Positions 46,574 through 57,919 are shown, counted from the first letter of the stretch. The stretch: DNA of 64,000 bases from Candidatus Poseidoniaceae archaeon (GCA_965662895.1 CBFIJH010000002.1:148125-212124); one strand, 5' to 3'. The notes: generated by a model from the letters alone, not told the origin. Numbers and translations: made by a program.

Positions 46574-49500
46574 ATGCGCTCACGTGCAGTTCTTCTGATT
46601 CTTCTGATGGTTGGAGTTTCAATGGGTCCTCTAGCATCATCAGATTCAACGATATCAACCAATACGACATGGAGCGGAACGGTTGTTTTGAATGGAAATG
46701 TTACGGTTGATGCTTCAACAACACTCACACTTTCTCCAGGAACAACCGTTGATGCCCAATCTTATTGGTTGCAAGTTGATGGTGAACTGCAAGCAACTGA
46801 TTCTGTATTTATGACAACTGAGACATCCACAAGCCCCGGCTCGTCTGGTGCAGGGCTTTGGGGAGGAATACAGGTGTCATCTTCAGGCTCGGCTGACTTA
46901 ACCAACGTCACCATTTCTGGAGCCGAGTCCGCTCTGGAGGTTCATGGGGACGTTACCATTCACGAATCGGTGACAATTACAAACAGTTACATCGGTTTCG
47001 ATATTTCCTCGTCAGGAACGATTGATGCAGAAAATGTGACGATGTCAACCATCGACATTCAATCGATCGTGAACCATGGTGATTTGACCATCGATACTGG
47101 AATGTTCACGAATACAGCAACTGGCATCATGTCCTCAAATACGCTCACAATCACTGATGTATCGTTTTTCGAAACAGGAGTTGCAATTGATGTTCTGTCT
47201 GGAACTGCGAACATTGCAGGACTCGGACTTGATAATGTAAGTGTCGGGATTGGTTCAGACGCTGGTGCATCCACAACGGTATCGAGCATTTACGGCCAAC
47301 ATGTTGCACTGGTTGTTGATGGGACAGATGCTGATGATCTCACCGTATCAAATGCACTAATGTCCGGTGACCGACTTCTGTGGGGGGCGATGGAAAACAT
47401 CTCCATGCACGATGTCAACTTTACACAAGAAAATTTAGGGCGTTCTGCAGTTGATCTTCGCTGTCTTTTGAGCTGTTCATTTGACAACCTTTCCATTCAC
47501 AATGCAGACATTGGTATGGATGTCGATGGGGCCGGCACAACCAGTCTGCTTCATTCAGAAATTCATGCGAATCAATTGGCAATCCGCGCCTCAGGAACCG
47601 GTTTACTCGATTTGGAATCAACAACCATTCTTGCTAATGAAACTGCAGTATCTCTTTCAGGCTTGAATTCTGTCATGACTCAGTCAACCATTTCTTTGCA
47701 CGATGGTATCGGCCCAGCAGCAATTCTTCTTGAAGGCGAGCATGAGTGGAATGACGTTGAAGTCTCAAAACAATACAGTGGCCTCGATACTGAATCGAAA
47801 GGCATTGATGTTTGGTACTCCACCGTTCAATCGACTTCACTCACAACAAATGGTTTTGCTTTGGGCATCGAACTTGAGGATTCAACGTTGAATGCCGATG
47901 TTGCATCATTCATCAACGGAAAACAACGAGGCCTCCATGCAATTGACTCTGTTGCTTCCATTGGCACGCTTACGACGACTGCTCAACAATATGGCCTCGT
48001 TCTCAGCGATGAATCGACAGTTGTGGTCGAAGATTGGACAGCAAATCTGCACAACACCCCTCTTCTGCTCGAGGATGCCTCTGTTGCTCATGCTCGAGAT
48101 TTTGTTCCACTGAATACTCCTCAAGGCATGAGTCATGCTGTTGGTGATGGAACATTCCTTTACGGTGGTCCTACGACGACCAGTGTTTCAACAACCAACT
48201 CTGGGTACCTTTACGAGACATATGTCTCATTCGTTGATGTTAACAATCAACCTGTCCAAGCCAAGACGTTTGCCCATGGGTTTGAATCCACTGCAGATCT
48301 CAACGGAGTCGCATCTCTACCACTTCTTGCATCCGGAAGTGTTGTTGAGGTATTGTACGATGGACAAGGAGTGAGCACAGAATTGTTTGGAAATCAACAA
48401 GGTCAGACGGTTCAAGTCATAACCTTACCAGATGGAGACTGGAGTATACCAGCATCCTCAACTGTTGTTTTGGGTGCACGGCCAGATGGGCAACCCCATC
48501 AACTCAACGGAGACCTAACATTTGGTACCAATTCAAACCTCAAACTCATCGATACTATGCTTGTTGTCGATGCATCCTCTGTGGTGGATCTTGGCGCTTC
48601 AGGTACACTCACTGGTGATAACGGGGTGCTGAACGCATCATCTCTGGTAATGAGCGTTCAATCGACTCTTGAATCCGTGGGTCAGGGATTGGAAATTCAG
48701 TCCCCAGTTCAGTGGTCGTGCTCACAACTGCAAAATATTGCCGATATCCGATTCATGTCGACAATTTCACTCGCCCCTCTTTGTACAGTTGAAATGACGG
48801 GTGGTCAAGCGAAGGAGTCGATATCCGTTGGTTCAGAGGCCTCGTTTTCATTGATTTCAAAACTTGATATCGAAGTTCTCGATAAAGGTCTTCCAGTTGA
48901 AGGAGCAACAATCATCGTCGACGGTCAAACCGTTCAAACAAATTCGTTTGGCCAAGTTACCGCACAAACAACAGCACGAACAGTCAACTCTCAAGGAGAT
49001 GTCCAAGAGGGTACCAAAACAGTCACGATGCAAATAGGGTCGTTTACCGAGTTTTATGCGTGGAATGCTCAACAATCGACATCCCATACATTCATGGCAT
49101 CAACAGTTCAAACAGGGACAATCACGTCCTGGCTGGTTCTCGAAAAAACATGGAGCCCTTATCGACTTGAAGGCGACCTTACAATCGGATCAACCACGAA
49201 GATGACAGTCAATGATGGTGTTGAACTGCGTATTGCTGCTGATGCAATTATTGATGTTCAGGGCGTTTTTGAGGCGGGCAAAGCAACCATCTCTTCAACA
49301 GGCTTTGGGGCTCGATGGGGAGGCCTAATGTTGGATGGAATTGTTGGCTCTCGTATTGATCTATCTGGCACGCTTCTGACAGAAGGCTCACCGCTGATTA
49401 CGATGGCAGGGCGGGGTGAGGTGACTGTACAAGGTGCTCACTTTGCTCGTTCGGCAGGCGCCGACCCATTGATTAGCGTCTATGCATCCTCTCAGTCATC

Positions 49501-51226
49501 GTTGACATTGATCGATTCAGAATTGCGCGATGCGGGTTCAATGTGCATTCAAAGTCAAAGTCAAGATGCAACCATTGTTCTTCGCGATGTTACGTTATCA
49601 GATTGCAATGGAGACGGCTTTTGGGCTCGTCTCTCCACAATTGACGTTCAAGGAATTGTACTTGGAATGGGACTTGATGATGGAATCGATTTGACAGGAA
49701 CATCCGGTCAAGTGAGTGGAATCAACTCATCTTCGTTCGATGGAGATTACGTTGTTCGCATGCAATCCATTAATGAGGCATTCCACTTACGCGATTCAGC
49801 CATTCATTCAGGAGAAAATGGCGGTGTATTTGCGTTCATGTGTGAAAATATTCTCATGAGCAACCTGTCCGTGTTTGGGGCGCCTGGTGTCGACCTTGAC
49901 GAGACCTCAGCCCAGATGCACAACCTTGTGTTCAATGGGGACAATTCTGGTGTTGGTTTAACAATACGCCACGGATTGTCTGAACCAGTTGTTGCCGAAG
50001 AAATCCAAATCACAGACTATTCTGTTGGAGTCAAACTTCACGCTCATGACTTTGAAGACCCCGCCCAAGCTACCATGAGAAACGTATCGATTGACGCAGT
50101 TGAAGCCTTATCGGCTGAATACTTCGATGCACGCATTGAAGACTCTTCATTGAATGGCGATTTCTCTCTTGCAGGCAGTACTGTCGATGCGATCGATTCC
50201 TCCATCGCTGGCCTTGAATCAATCGACGAAAATGGACTGCTTAACGAATGGTCAACCCATTCACTTCATGCAGTACTCAAAGGAGAAGTCGTCGAAGCAT
50301 CGTATTCGTTATCCTCGGCGCTGTTGAATTCCCCATACGGATTTACAGGAACCTTTGTTGACGTTGAATTGCTTTTCAATCGAACGACGATTGATGGTTC
50401 TACCACGGTGACAATGGCAACGGTTGAGGTTGTTTCTGCGTTGAGTCTTCCAACAAGTTATGAATTCCCCATTGGTCCTGCGTCGCAACAGAATGTTCAG
50501 ATTTCATTGCTCGCCAACACACCTCCTGACCTTTCCATTCAAGCTCCATATTCAGGTCAACGTTTCATGGAAACCATGCCAGTTGAAGTCTCGCTAACGG
50601 TTTTGGACGATACTGCTGCGCTATCTGACATCACTCTCACGTGGAAAGTGTTCAATGCCCAGAATCAACTTGTCAAAGAAGGAACGACCGAATTGACCAC
50701 ATTCAACATCACATCTCTTGAGACGGGGCTCTTCGTTCTTCAATTGATGGCTGTGGATGACCTTGGCTTGTCGACCATCGCCGAAGTCGATCTCGAGGTA
50801 ACCCAACTCGATACAGATGGAGATTGGATTTCAACATGCAGCGCTGAAACCTGGTTTGATGCAACGAATGGGTTGCAATGTGGGCCCGATATTTATGATC
50901 CAGATGATGATAACGATGGCCGTCTCGATGACAGGGATGCATGGCCGAGAGACCCATGTGCATGGATTGACACCGATGAAGATGGACAACCCGATCGGAT
51001 TCAATGTCCACCAGGGGCATCCACCACATTATTCGAAGATCAAGATGATGACGGTGATGGAATTCCAGATGAACTTGAAGGAAAAACACTCGATGAATCA
51101 GAAGATTCAGCAACCCCGCTCATACTCATCGCATCAATACTTATTGCCGTGCTTATCATCTTCTTCGTCCGAATACGTGGCGGTGGACCCAAGACGTTGG
51201 GCGAGGTCGATGAACGAATGCTCTGA
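46574..51226 (+). CDS. Large membrane-anchored surface protein with parallel beta-helix-like regions and C-terminal TSP3-like repeats
   Basis: Signal peptide; two WGG(I/L)-containing beta-helix-like modules; DTDGD/DDDNDG repeats; TM LILIASILIAVLIIFFV. Confidence 0.8.
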   Translation: MRSRAVLLILLMVGVSMGPLASSDSTISTNTTWSGTVVLNGNVTVDASTTLTLSPGTTVDAQSYWLQVDGELQATDSVFMTTETSTSPGSSGAGLWGGIQVSSSGSADLTNVTISGAESALEVHGDVTIHESVTITNSYIGFDISSSGTIDAENVTMSTIDIQSIVNHGDLTIDTGMFTNTATGIMSSNTLTITDVSFFETGVAIDVLSGTANIAGLGLDNVSVGIGSDAGASTTVSSIYGQHVALVVDGTDADDLTVSNALMSGDRLLWGAMENISMHDVNFTQENLGRSAVDLRCLLSCSFDNLSIHNADIGMDVDGAGTTSLLHSEIHANQLAIRASGTGLLDLESTTILANETAVSLSGLNSVMTQSTISLHDGIGPAAILLEGEHEWNDVEVSKQYSGLDTESKGIDVWYSTVQSTSLTTNGFALGIELEDSTLNADVASFINGKQRGLHAIDSVASIGTLTTTAQQYGLVLSDESTVVVEDWTANLHNTPLLLEDASVAHARDFVPLNTPQGMSHAVGDGTFLYGGPTTTSVSTTNSGYLYETYVSFVDVNNQPVQAKTFAHGFESTADLNGVASLPLLASGSVVEVLYDGQGVSTELFGNQQGQTVQVITLPDGDWSIPASSTVVLGARPDGQPHQLNGDLTFGTNSNLKLIDTMLVVDASSVVDLGASGTLTGDNGVLNASSLVMSVQSTLESVGQGLEIQSPVQWSCSQLQNIADIRFMSTISLAPLCTVEMTGGQAKESISVGSEASFSLISKLDIEVLDKGLPVEGATIIVDGQTVQTNSFGQVTAQTTARTVNSQGDVQEGTKTVTMQIGSFTEFYAWNAQQSTSHTFMASTVQTGTITSWLVLEKTWSPYRLEGDLTIGSTTKMTVNDGVELRIAADAIIDVQGVFEAGKATISSTGFGARWGGLMLDGIVGSRIDLSGTLLTEGSPLITMAGRGEVTVQGAHFARSAGADPLISVYASSQSSLTLIDSELRDAGSMCIQSQSQDATIVLRDVTLSDCNGDGFWARLSTIDVQGIVLGMGLDDGIDLTGTSGQVSGINSSSFDGDYVVRMQSINEAFHLRDSAIHSGENGGVFAFMCENILMSNLSVFGAPGVDLDETSAQMHNLVFNGDNSGVGLTIRHGLSEPVVAEEIQITDYSVGVKLHAHDFEDPAQATMRNVSIDAVEALSAEYFDARIEDSSLNGDFSLAGSTVDAIDSSIAGLESIDENGLLNEWSTHSLHAVLKGEVVEASYSLSSALLNSPYGFTGTFVDVELLFNRTTIDGSTTVTMATVEVVSALSLPTSYEFPIGPASQQNVQISLLANTPPDLSIQAPYSGQRFMETMPVEVSLTVLDDTAALSDITLTWKVFNAQNQLVKEGTTELTTFNITSLETGLFVLQLMAVDDLGLSTIAEVDLEVTQLDTDGDWISTCSAETWFDATNGLQCGPDIYDPDDDNDGRLDDRDAWPRDPCAWIDTDEDGQPDRIQCPPGASTTLFEDQDDDGDGIPDELEGKTLDESEDSATPLILIASILIAVLIIFFVRIRGGGPKTLGEVDERML

Positions 51227-51235
51227 GGTCGTATC

Positions 51236-51763
51236 ATGCTACCGAATGCAGAATCTGTGGCCGTGATGATGGTTCTTGTCTTAGGCGCCATCGTGGCATG
51301 GGATGCGTGGTGGCTTACTCGCCAACGTCGAGATATTCCTGACATTGGATTTTTACCGAATGGCGGGTTTTCTTGGAAAAGCGAACGAAATCACGAAATG
51401 TTTCGCCAATGGGCAAACCTGGGTTCAATGGCAGCAATGATGGCATTGCCGTGGGGTTTTGCTTCCTTCTCAAACACACCAATAACCTATGTGATTCTCT
51501 GGGATCTTCTACTTGGCCTGCACATCATTTCTTTGTTGGTTCCAAAACGATATGCGGTAACGTCTACTCATCTTTTTGCTGATGGACAACGTTACGAATG
51601 GGGTCGTCTTATGCTTGCGAAGCGTCAGCCAAAACACAGGATCATGCTGTTGAGGAAAGGCTGGGGGCCATTCGGCCCACTTCCGCTCGGTGGTGATCGA
51701 AGCGACCTTGACGTTGCTGCGGACAAAATCCTTGAAATTCTTCATCCAAACCAAGAGGAATGA
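51236..51763 (+). CDS. Membrane protein, unknown function
   Basis: Three TM helices plus a short soluble C-terminal region; follows the upstream gene by 9 nt. Confidence 0.7.
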   Translation: MLPNAESVAVMMVLVLGAIVAWDAWWLTRQRRDIPDIGFLPNGGFSWKSERNHEMFRQWANLGSMAAMMALPWGFASFSNTPITYVILWDLLLGLHIISLLVPKRYAVTSTHLFADGQRYEWGRLMLAKRQPKHRIMLLRKGWGPFGPLPLGGDRSDLDVAADKILEILHPNQEE

Positions 51764-51803
51764 CAAGGGGTATGGCTAAGTGATTCCTTGAGATGTTCCA
51801 TTC

Positions 51804-52244
51804 ATGGAATGGGCACGTAGTGGCGATGATGTTGTTGTTGTTCTTGAACCGGGGGAGGAAATTCACACTTCACTTCGACAACTTGCGGACGAACTTGGGA
51901 TCAATGGAGCAGTGATTACGAGTGGGATTGGTCGCACAGTAAATTCAACGTTTGGCTACATGGATGAGACGTTTACCTATCATCGTCGAACCCTTGAACA
52001 ACCCGCAGAACTTGTTACGCTTCAAGGAAACTTAGCCCGTCACGAAGACGGATCTGCATTTACTCATCTTCATGCTACGTTTGCGGATGATGATTTTGTA
52101 ACAAAATCAGGCCACATGTTCCATGCTACGGTCTTTGTTGTGGCCGAAATACATCTCCGAATCATGTCAAAAATCATTATGACACGTTGTCCAATGGTCG
52201 ATGGTGAATTTGTTGAACTTACGTTGCAGAATCATGAACCTTAA
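51804..52244 (+). CDS. PPC domain (DUF296) protein
   Basis: VLEPGEEI, SGIG, ELVTLQGN, HLHATF, GH, VAEI. Confidence 0.88.
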   Translation: MEWARSGDDVVVVLEPGEEIHTSLRQLADELGINGAVITSGIGRTVNSTFGYMDETFTYHRRTLEQPAELVTLQGNLARHEDGSAFTHLHATFADDDFVTKSGHMFHATVFVVAEIHLRIMSKIIMTRCPMVDGEFVELTLQNHEP

Positions 52245-52268
52245 ATGGGGACAATGTGGTGATGAAAC

Positions 52269-54389
52269 ATGGCTCAGGAAGGAGGAGAATCCGCCAGCAA
52301 TCAGAGCCGTGTAGCATGGTTAGCTGAACAGATCGCCTACCATTCCGACCTATACTACAATCAAGCAACAACGGAAATTTCAGATGCTGAATTTGACGCT
52401 CTTTGGGACGAACTAAAGGGGCTTGAGCCGAATCATCCGCAATTGCAAAGGGTCGGGGCTGAAGTCGATCCTGGAACGGTAAAAGTCGATCACATGTTTC
52501 CGATGCGTTCACTAAACAAAGGAACCAATGACGAGGACATTGCTCATTTTGTGAAAGAATCTTCACTTGAATCAACCCGTTTCATTTCCCAGCCAAAACT
52601 CGACGGCTCTGCATTATCACTGGAATACAGAAAGGGCCGCCTGATTCGAGCAGCGACCCGAGGTAGCGGCGACCGTGGGGAAGACGTCACCAAGAATGCA
52701 CGCAAGGTGGAAAACGTACCCCATAGGTTGGGCGCTGAAGTTGATGTTCACATACGCGGTGAAGTCGTGATGAGAAAATCGGTCTTTGAAGCAACGTATC
52801 GTGATATTTCTCCGAATCCTCGTAATCTTGCCGCTGGAGCGCTTCGCCAAAAGAAGTCAGACGGAAAAGCCAATGCAAGCGATCTGGTGTTTCTTGCATA
52901 CGATGCCAAATTCCCGCCAGCGGAAGCCCGTCATCCGGATTCTGTTTCACCCCCAAACGATGCCTTTGATAGCCTCATTCTGGAGTGGTTAAGCAAAACA
53001 GCTGGTGTTGAGCCAGCACCGTGGACTGTTCACGATTCGGATTACGAAGATGCATCCATTGAATCTCTTTGTAAGGAAACTGAGAAATGGAGTGAAGAAC
53101 GAGAAACCTATGCCTATGAAATCGATGGTCTTGTCTTCAAAGTTGACGACCTAGAAAAACGAGATTTGCTCGGAATGACTGCACATCATCCGCGATGGGC
53201 GCTCGCGTGGAAGTTCCCCCCAGAAGAAGCGACATCGGTCTTGCTCGATGTTGACTGGCAAACCGGCCGAACGGGTACTGTTACGCCTGTTGCTCGCATT
53301 GCTCCTCAGCGAGTAGGTGGTGTAACGGTTGAGAATACGACGCTGCACAATCTAGGTGAGGTCGAACGATTGGGCATCCATATCGGTGACAAGGTTCGAA
53401 TTGTCCGACGCGGCGACGTGATTCCGAAGATTGAGGCAAGTCTTGGTGTTGCAACCCAACACGACATCAACGGCCGAGTCCATGCCAATGGAGATCCATT
53501 TCTTGGCCAGCTACCACGACGCCGAGCAATCACTCCCCCAGATGCATGTCCAGCATGCAACGGTCTTGTAGAGATTGATGGGGCTTTTCTTCGTTGCATC
53601 AACGTCCAATGTTCTGCTCGGCTCGGTCGAAGCATTCTGTACTATTGCAGAGCATTGGAGATGGATGGAATTGGCGAGAAACTCGTTGAACAACTCATCG
53701 ATGAACGTCTCATATCGAGCATTGGGGACCTGTACAGGCTTGATGCGCAGAAGCTTTTGTCTCTTGATCGAATGGGGCAAAAGTCCGCAAACAAGGTTCT
53801 CAATGAAATCAAGAAGAGCCGTTCAATGACATTCTCAAAATTCCTTAGTGCGCTTGGATTGCCCGGTATCGGCCCGGAACTTGCCGCAGCGATATCAAAT
53901 CACTTCAAACGTCCAGAACAACTTCTTTCTTGGGTTGAAGAAAGTGCCGAGGACGATTCACGTATCTCCGAATTAACAACCATCGATGGTGTAGGTGAAA
54001 TCGTTGCGCTTCAGTTGCGAGATGGTGTGAATCTCCGTAGAACACCCATCACTGACCTGCTTGCTTTGTTAACTGTCCAACAGGAGCAGCAGGTGACTGT
54101 TGAAGGGCCATTCGAAGGGATGACCTTCTGCGTGACTGGAACACTTTCAGAATCTCGGAAGAGTGTACAAGCTCGAATTAAGGCAGCTGGTGGTAAGGTC
54201 GTAAGCAGTGTGTCAGGAAACCTCGCCGTACTTGTCGCAGGAGAAAATGCCGGGTCAAAACTCGCCAAAGCAGAAAAATTGGGCATTGAGATATGGGAGG
54301 AAGCGACTCTGCTCAAGCGCCTGTCTCAATCGAGCCAACCCGATGAATCGAATCCAATGGCGACGCAATCAACACTGTTTGATTATTGA
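52269..54389 (+). CDS. ligA: NAD+-dependent DNA ligase
   Basis: ISDAEFDAL, PMRSL, KLDG, ATRG.G..GEDVT, NPRNLAAG, EIDGLVFK, PRWALAWKF, GRTG, C4 zinc finger, HhH, BRCT (FCVTGTL...GSKLAKA). Confidence 0.97.
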   Translation: MAQEGGESASNQSRVAWLAEQIAYHSDLYYNQATTEISDAEFDALWDELKGLEPNHPQLQRVGAEVDPGTVKVDHMFPMRSLNKGTNDEDIAHFVKESSLESTRFISQPKLDGSALSLEYRKGRLIRAATRGSGDRGEDVTKNARKVENVPHRLGAEVDVHIRGEVVMRKSVFEATYRDISPNPRNLAAGALRQKKSDGKANASDLVFLAYDAKFPPAEARHPDSVSPPNDAFDSLILEWLSKTAGVEPAPWTVHDSDYEDASIESLCKETEKWSEERETYAYEIDGLVFKVDDLEKRDLLGMTAHHPRWALAWKFPPEEATSVLLDVDWQTGRTGTVTPVARIAPQRVGGVTVENTTLHNLGEVERLGIHIGDKVRIVRRGDVIPKIEASLGVATQHDINGRVHANGDPFLGQLPRRRAITPPDACPACNGLVEIDGAFLRCINVQCSARLGRSILYYCRALEMDGIGEKLVEQLIDERLISSIGDLYRLDAQKLLSLDRMGQKSANKVLNEIKKSRSMTFSKFLSALGLPGIGPELAAAISNHFKRPEQLLSWVEESAEDDSRISELTTIDGVGEIVALQLRDGVNLRRTPITDLLALLTVQQEQQVTVEGPFEGMTFCVTGTLSESRKSVQARIKAAGGKVVSSVSGNLAVLVAGENAGSKLAKAEKLGIEIWEEATLLKRLSQSSQPDESNPMATQSTLFDY

Positions 54390-54446
54390 GAAATTTTCTG
54401 ACGTTCGGAACGAACATTCTTAACAAGAACGGAACAAATTTCTCTC

Positions 54447-56966
54447 ATGCAACTGAGAGCAATCGTCCTTTCTGCCGTCGTTGCAATGGTCATGTTCACT
54501 CCCATGATCGAAGCGAATTCAAACGGCCGACACAATTCATCTGGAGGATGTGGTTGCCACGGAGGTAGTTCTCCAGGAGTGACGATTTCGGAAAACTTCC
54601 CATCAACCTATGTCGCTGGCCAATCTTACTCCATTCAGGTTTCAGTATCAGGAGGCGTATCCGGTACGGCTGGTGGGTTCAATGTTCAAGTTGACAAAGG
54701 AACGTTGTCGACCGGAGGAAATTCAGGCGTCAAAGTAAGCGGATTGTCTGTAACCCACTCAAACAAGGCTAATCGAGCATGGAGTTTCGATTGGATTGCT
54801 CCTTCTTCGGGCAGTGGAACAGTATCTGTGGGAATTGCTGGGATGTCAGCAAACGGTGGTAGCGGTAACAACGGAGATGCTTGGTCGACCATCACCCGAA
54901 CGATTTCTGAAACAGTCGTTGCTACCAACAATCCACCGGTTGCATCGAATGTCCAAATTTCACCATCTGCGGCAACATCGAGCGATGATGTCTCACTCAC
55001 CTATACGTTCTCCGATCAAGATGCCGGCGATACTGAATTAGGAACGACCATCCAGTGGTCAAAAGATGGCGTTCATGAAGTACAGTTTGACGGGCAGATG
55101 ACAATTTCAGGTGATGAAACAATTCGAGGTGAAGATTGGCAAGCATCCGTAACGCCGAGTGACGGTGAAGACTTCGGAGCCACAGTGCAATCAAACACAA
55201 TAACAATCATGAATTCCCTCCCTTCGATCACTTCCCCAACCATATCTCCTTCGAACCCAACTTCTGCTGACGACCTTACCGCCTCGATTTTAGGTGCCAA
55301 CGACGTCGATGGCGATGCACTTTCATTTGAGTATCGATGGTATCTTGATGGTGTGTTACAAGGCGATCTAAACGATTTCGATACGGTTCCATCGATTGCG
55401 ACAAGGTCCGGTGATGAGTGGGAAGTGGAGGCTCGTGCTTTCGATGGTGAAGGGTATTCATCCTGGGTTCGTTCAACCGCTTTCCTCATAAAAAATCAAA
55501 ATTCAAATGCGGCACCAACCGTTGAGAGCATTACAATCTCCCCCATCAACCCAAACTCATCGGATTCGCTTGCTGCAAGTTCGACATACTTTGATGCAGA
55601 TATGGACCCCATCACTGATGTCCAATATCGGTGGTGGAAGAATGGAGTGATGACAGCGATATCGTCATCAACGCTTGAATCATCCACGACCACGAAAGGA
55701 GACTTCTGGTCAGTTGAGGTTCGTGTGAGTGATGACACCGATTGGTCCGCATGGGCATCATCATCAAACGTAGAGATTCTAAATAGTGCTCCTGTGATTC
55801 AAGCAGCGTCCATAAGCAGTACAGGTGCAACCACTACTGAAGATGTAGTCTTGAATACAAGCTTTAGCGATATTGATGGCGATACGCTGACAGCGGTCAT
55901 AGACTGGTATTTGGACGGAGCAATTCAACCAGAGTACAACAACCTTGTATCGCTTCCGTCCTCTGCAACGAACAAAGGAGATGTTTGGACTGCTGTTGTG
56001 CAAGCAAGTGATGGAGAGACATTAAGCGCTCAAAGCAAGACCCTTACAGTTGCAATTCTCAACTCGAAACCTCTTCTTTCTGTTCATCTCGATGAAAACA
56101 TCACATCTCAACAAGACCTTTCCATTGAATCGATCATGAGTGATGTTGACGGAGATGTGACCGAAATATCAACGGTTACATGGTTCCGTAATGGGTTCAG
56201 AGAAGGGTCACTTGATAACGCTACATACGTTCCATCCTCATATCTTGGTCCAGGGCAAGAATGGAGCGTCGAAGTGGTTGCAACTGACGGTGAATCCTCA
56301 GTACTTTCAATAGCCTCGGTCTTCATCAACAATGCGCCGCCCGTTGCTCAAATAACCGTACTGACTGCGTCACTTTATGCAGGGGAGCGAGTGAGGCTAT
56401 CAGCGTCTCAATCGACAGATTCAGACAATCTGATTATTCGTTACCAATGGATTCTGGCGAACGAAATTCAGACTGGAGTTGATGCTTCGTTCCTTCTGCC
56501 AGCTAGTGGCTCAATTGAGGTTTCACTTGCAGTTACCGATGAATCTGGAGCAACAAATACGACGAATCTCACTCTCGACACGATTCCAGCTTTGCCGTGT
56601 CCCAGCCTTACGCAAACATTGTCTGGTGGTGCGGTCCAACTCGATTGGACTTGGACCTCTTCAACTCGACCTTCGTTTGAAGTTTCACGAAATGGCGTAG
56701 TTCTTGGAACGACAAATGAGACAACATTCGCAGATTCACCGAATTTGATGGGAACTTCAACGTATCAAATTCAAACAATACTTGATGAAAGAATTCTCGA
56801 ATCCCCCTGTCAGTCTCCTTCGGTCGATGTTGAGATTGAATCGGCATCGATTGAATTGGATCAGGGACCTTCGGCGATTGCAGGCCTTGGATTGGGTTTT
56901 GTCTACGTCCTCGTTGGAATTCTGTTGCTTGTTTCGAGTCATTTGCGCCGAGGTGATGAAGAATGA
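54447..56966 (+). CDS. Surface protein: Reeler-like (choice-of-anchor V) domain with CxCH, Ig-like repeats, PKD, C-terminal TM
   Basis: Signal peptide; NSNG...GCGCHG; GGFNV, WSFDWIAP, ANG..GNNGD; repeated Y.W..(D/N)G/W.VEV...DG modules; TM. Confidence 0.8.
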   Translation: MQLRAIVLSAVVAMVMFTPMIEANSNGRHNSSGGCGCHGGSSPGVTISENFPSTYVAGQSYSIQVSVSGGVSGTAGGFNVQVDKGTLSTGGNSGVKVSGLSVTHSNKANRAWSFDWIAPSSGSGTVSVGIAGMSANGGSGNNGDAWSTITRTISETVVATNNPPVASNVQISPSAATSSDDVSLTYTFSDQDAGDTELGTTIQWSKDGVHEVQFDGQMTISGDETIRGEDWQASVTPSDGEDFGATVQSNTITIMNSLPSITSPTISPSNPTSADDLTASILGANDVDGDALSFEYRWYLDGVLQGDLNDFDTVPSIATRSGDEWEVEARAFDGEGYSSWVRSTAFLIKNQNSNAAPTVESITISPINPNSSDSLAASSTYFDADMDPITDVQYRWWKNGVMTAISSSTLESSTTTKGDFWSVEVRVSDDTDWSAWASSSNVEILNSAPVIQAASISSTGATTTEDVVLNTSFSDIDGDTLTAVIDWYLDGAIQPEYNNLVSLPSSATNKGDVWTAVVQASDGETLSAQSKTLTVAILNSKPLLSVHLDENITSQQDLSIESIMSDVDGDVTEISTVTWFRNGFREGSLDNATYVPSSYLGPGQEWSVEVVATDGESSVLSIASVFINNAPPVAQITVLTASLYAGERVRLSASQSTDSDNLIIRYQWILANEIQTGVDASFLLPASGSIEVSLAVTDESGATNTTNLTLDTIPALPCPSLTQTLSGGAVQLDWTWTSSTRPSFEVSRNGVVLGTTNETTFADSPNLMGTSTYQIQTILDERILESPCQSPSVDVEIESASIELDQGPSAIAGLGLGFVYVLVGILLLVSSHLRRGDEE

Positions 56967-57919
56967 AACAGCGTCTTGTTCTCTTTTTGGTGCTTTTGTT
57001 GGTCGTTCCATTTCACGTCACTGGGAATCCAGGCGGAGTTGGAAATAGCCTAGAAAACATGCAATGTGGAGGTGCCTGCCATGGTGATGCCAATCAGAAT
57101 GCTTCATCAGACCTGCAACTAAGTCTTCAACCATCAAGTACGGTTTGGGTTGGTCAACCTTCCGAAATTACAGTCGAGATATCTGGCTTCGATACATCCC
57201 ATGATATCGATCAAATTGGAATCTTTTTACTCTCTTCTACCAATGCTAATGGTGACATTCCCACCACAGACGGATGGAATATTCTATCTGATGGGATGGG
57301 AGGTTCAAACAACTACATCGAGTACACATCCGTTGAATCCAATTCTCTAACACATTCGTGGATTCTTCGAGCAGATGAAGTTGGTGAGAAAATGCTCTAC
57401 GTTTCCGTGCACCATGGTGATAATTCAGGTAATGATGCAGGAAGCCCATTCTTTGGTGTTTCTCAGGCCTTTGCGATTACTGTTGAGCCAATCCCTGAGA
57501 ATCTTCAACGCATCAACCCTGAGTATGAACCGCCAACTTCTAGAGAAATAGGCCAGACAACAAATCTGTGTCTTGAAACAATTGCGGCCAGTAATGTTGT
57601 CATCGAATGGAGAGAGCCTTCAGGTCAAAACTACCAACTTCAGACGTCGAAGAACGATCAGTGCTGGCAGGCTGAATTACCAGCAGCGTTAAGTGCATCA
57701 ACGGTTGAATGGCGAGCAATTCTTGACGGTGAAGGCCCCCAACAAACAACGCCATGGTTTTCCCTGACAAGTGTTGAACCGGCATGGGAGGCCGATGAAT
57801 CAGCACTTCTCCTCCAATCAATCGCCCATCTCTTTCTCTTCTTCGGTGTTGTAATTTTGCTACAAAAACCAAAACGACAGAACGATGAATACAAGGATTA
57901 TGTGGGGGAGATCATTTGA
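56963..57919 (+). CDS. Second Reeler-like surface protein with CxxxCH and C-terminal TM
   Basis: Signal peptide, NPGG...CGGACHG; ATGA overlap with the upstream gene. Confidence 0.7.
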   Translation: MKQRLVLFLVLLLVVPFHVTGNPGGVGNSLENMQCGGACHGDANQNASSDLQLSLQPSSTVWVGQPSEITVEISGFDTSHDIDQIGIFLLSSTNANGDIPTTDGWNILSDGMGGSNNYIEYTSVESNSLTHSWILRADEVGEKMLYVSVHHGDNSGNDAGSPFFGVSQAFAITVEPIPENLQRINPEYEPPTSREIGQTTNLCLETIAASNVVIEWREPSGQNYQLQTSKNDQCWQAELPAALSASTVEWRAILDGEGPQQTTPWFSLTSVEPAWEADESALLLQSIAHLFLFFGVVILLQKPKRQNDEYKDYVGEII

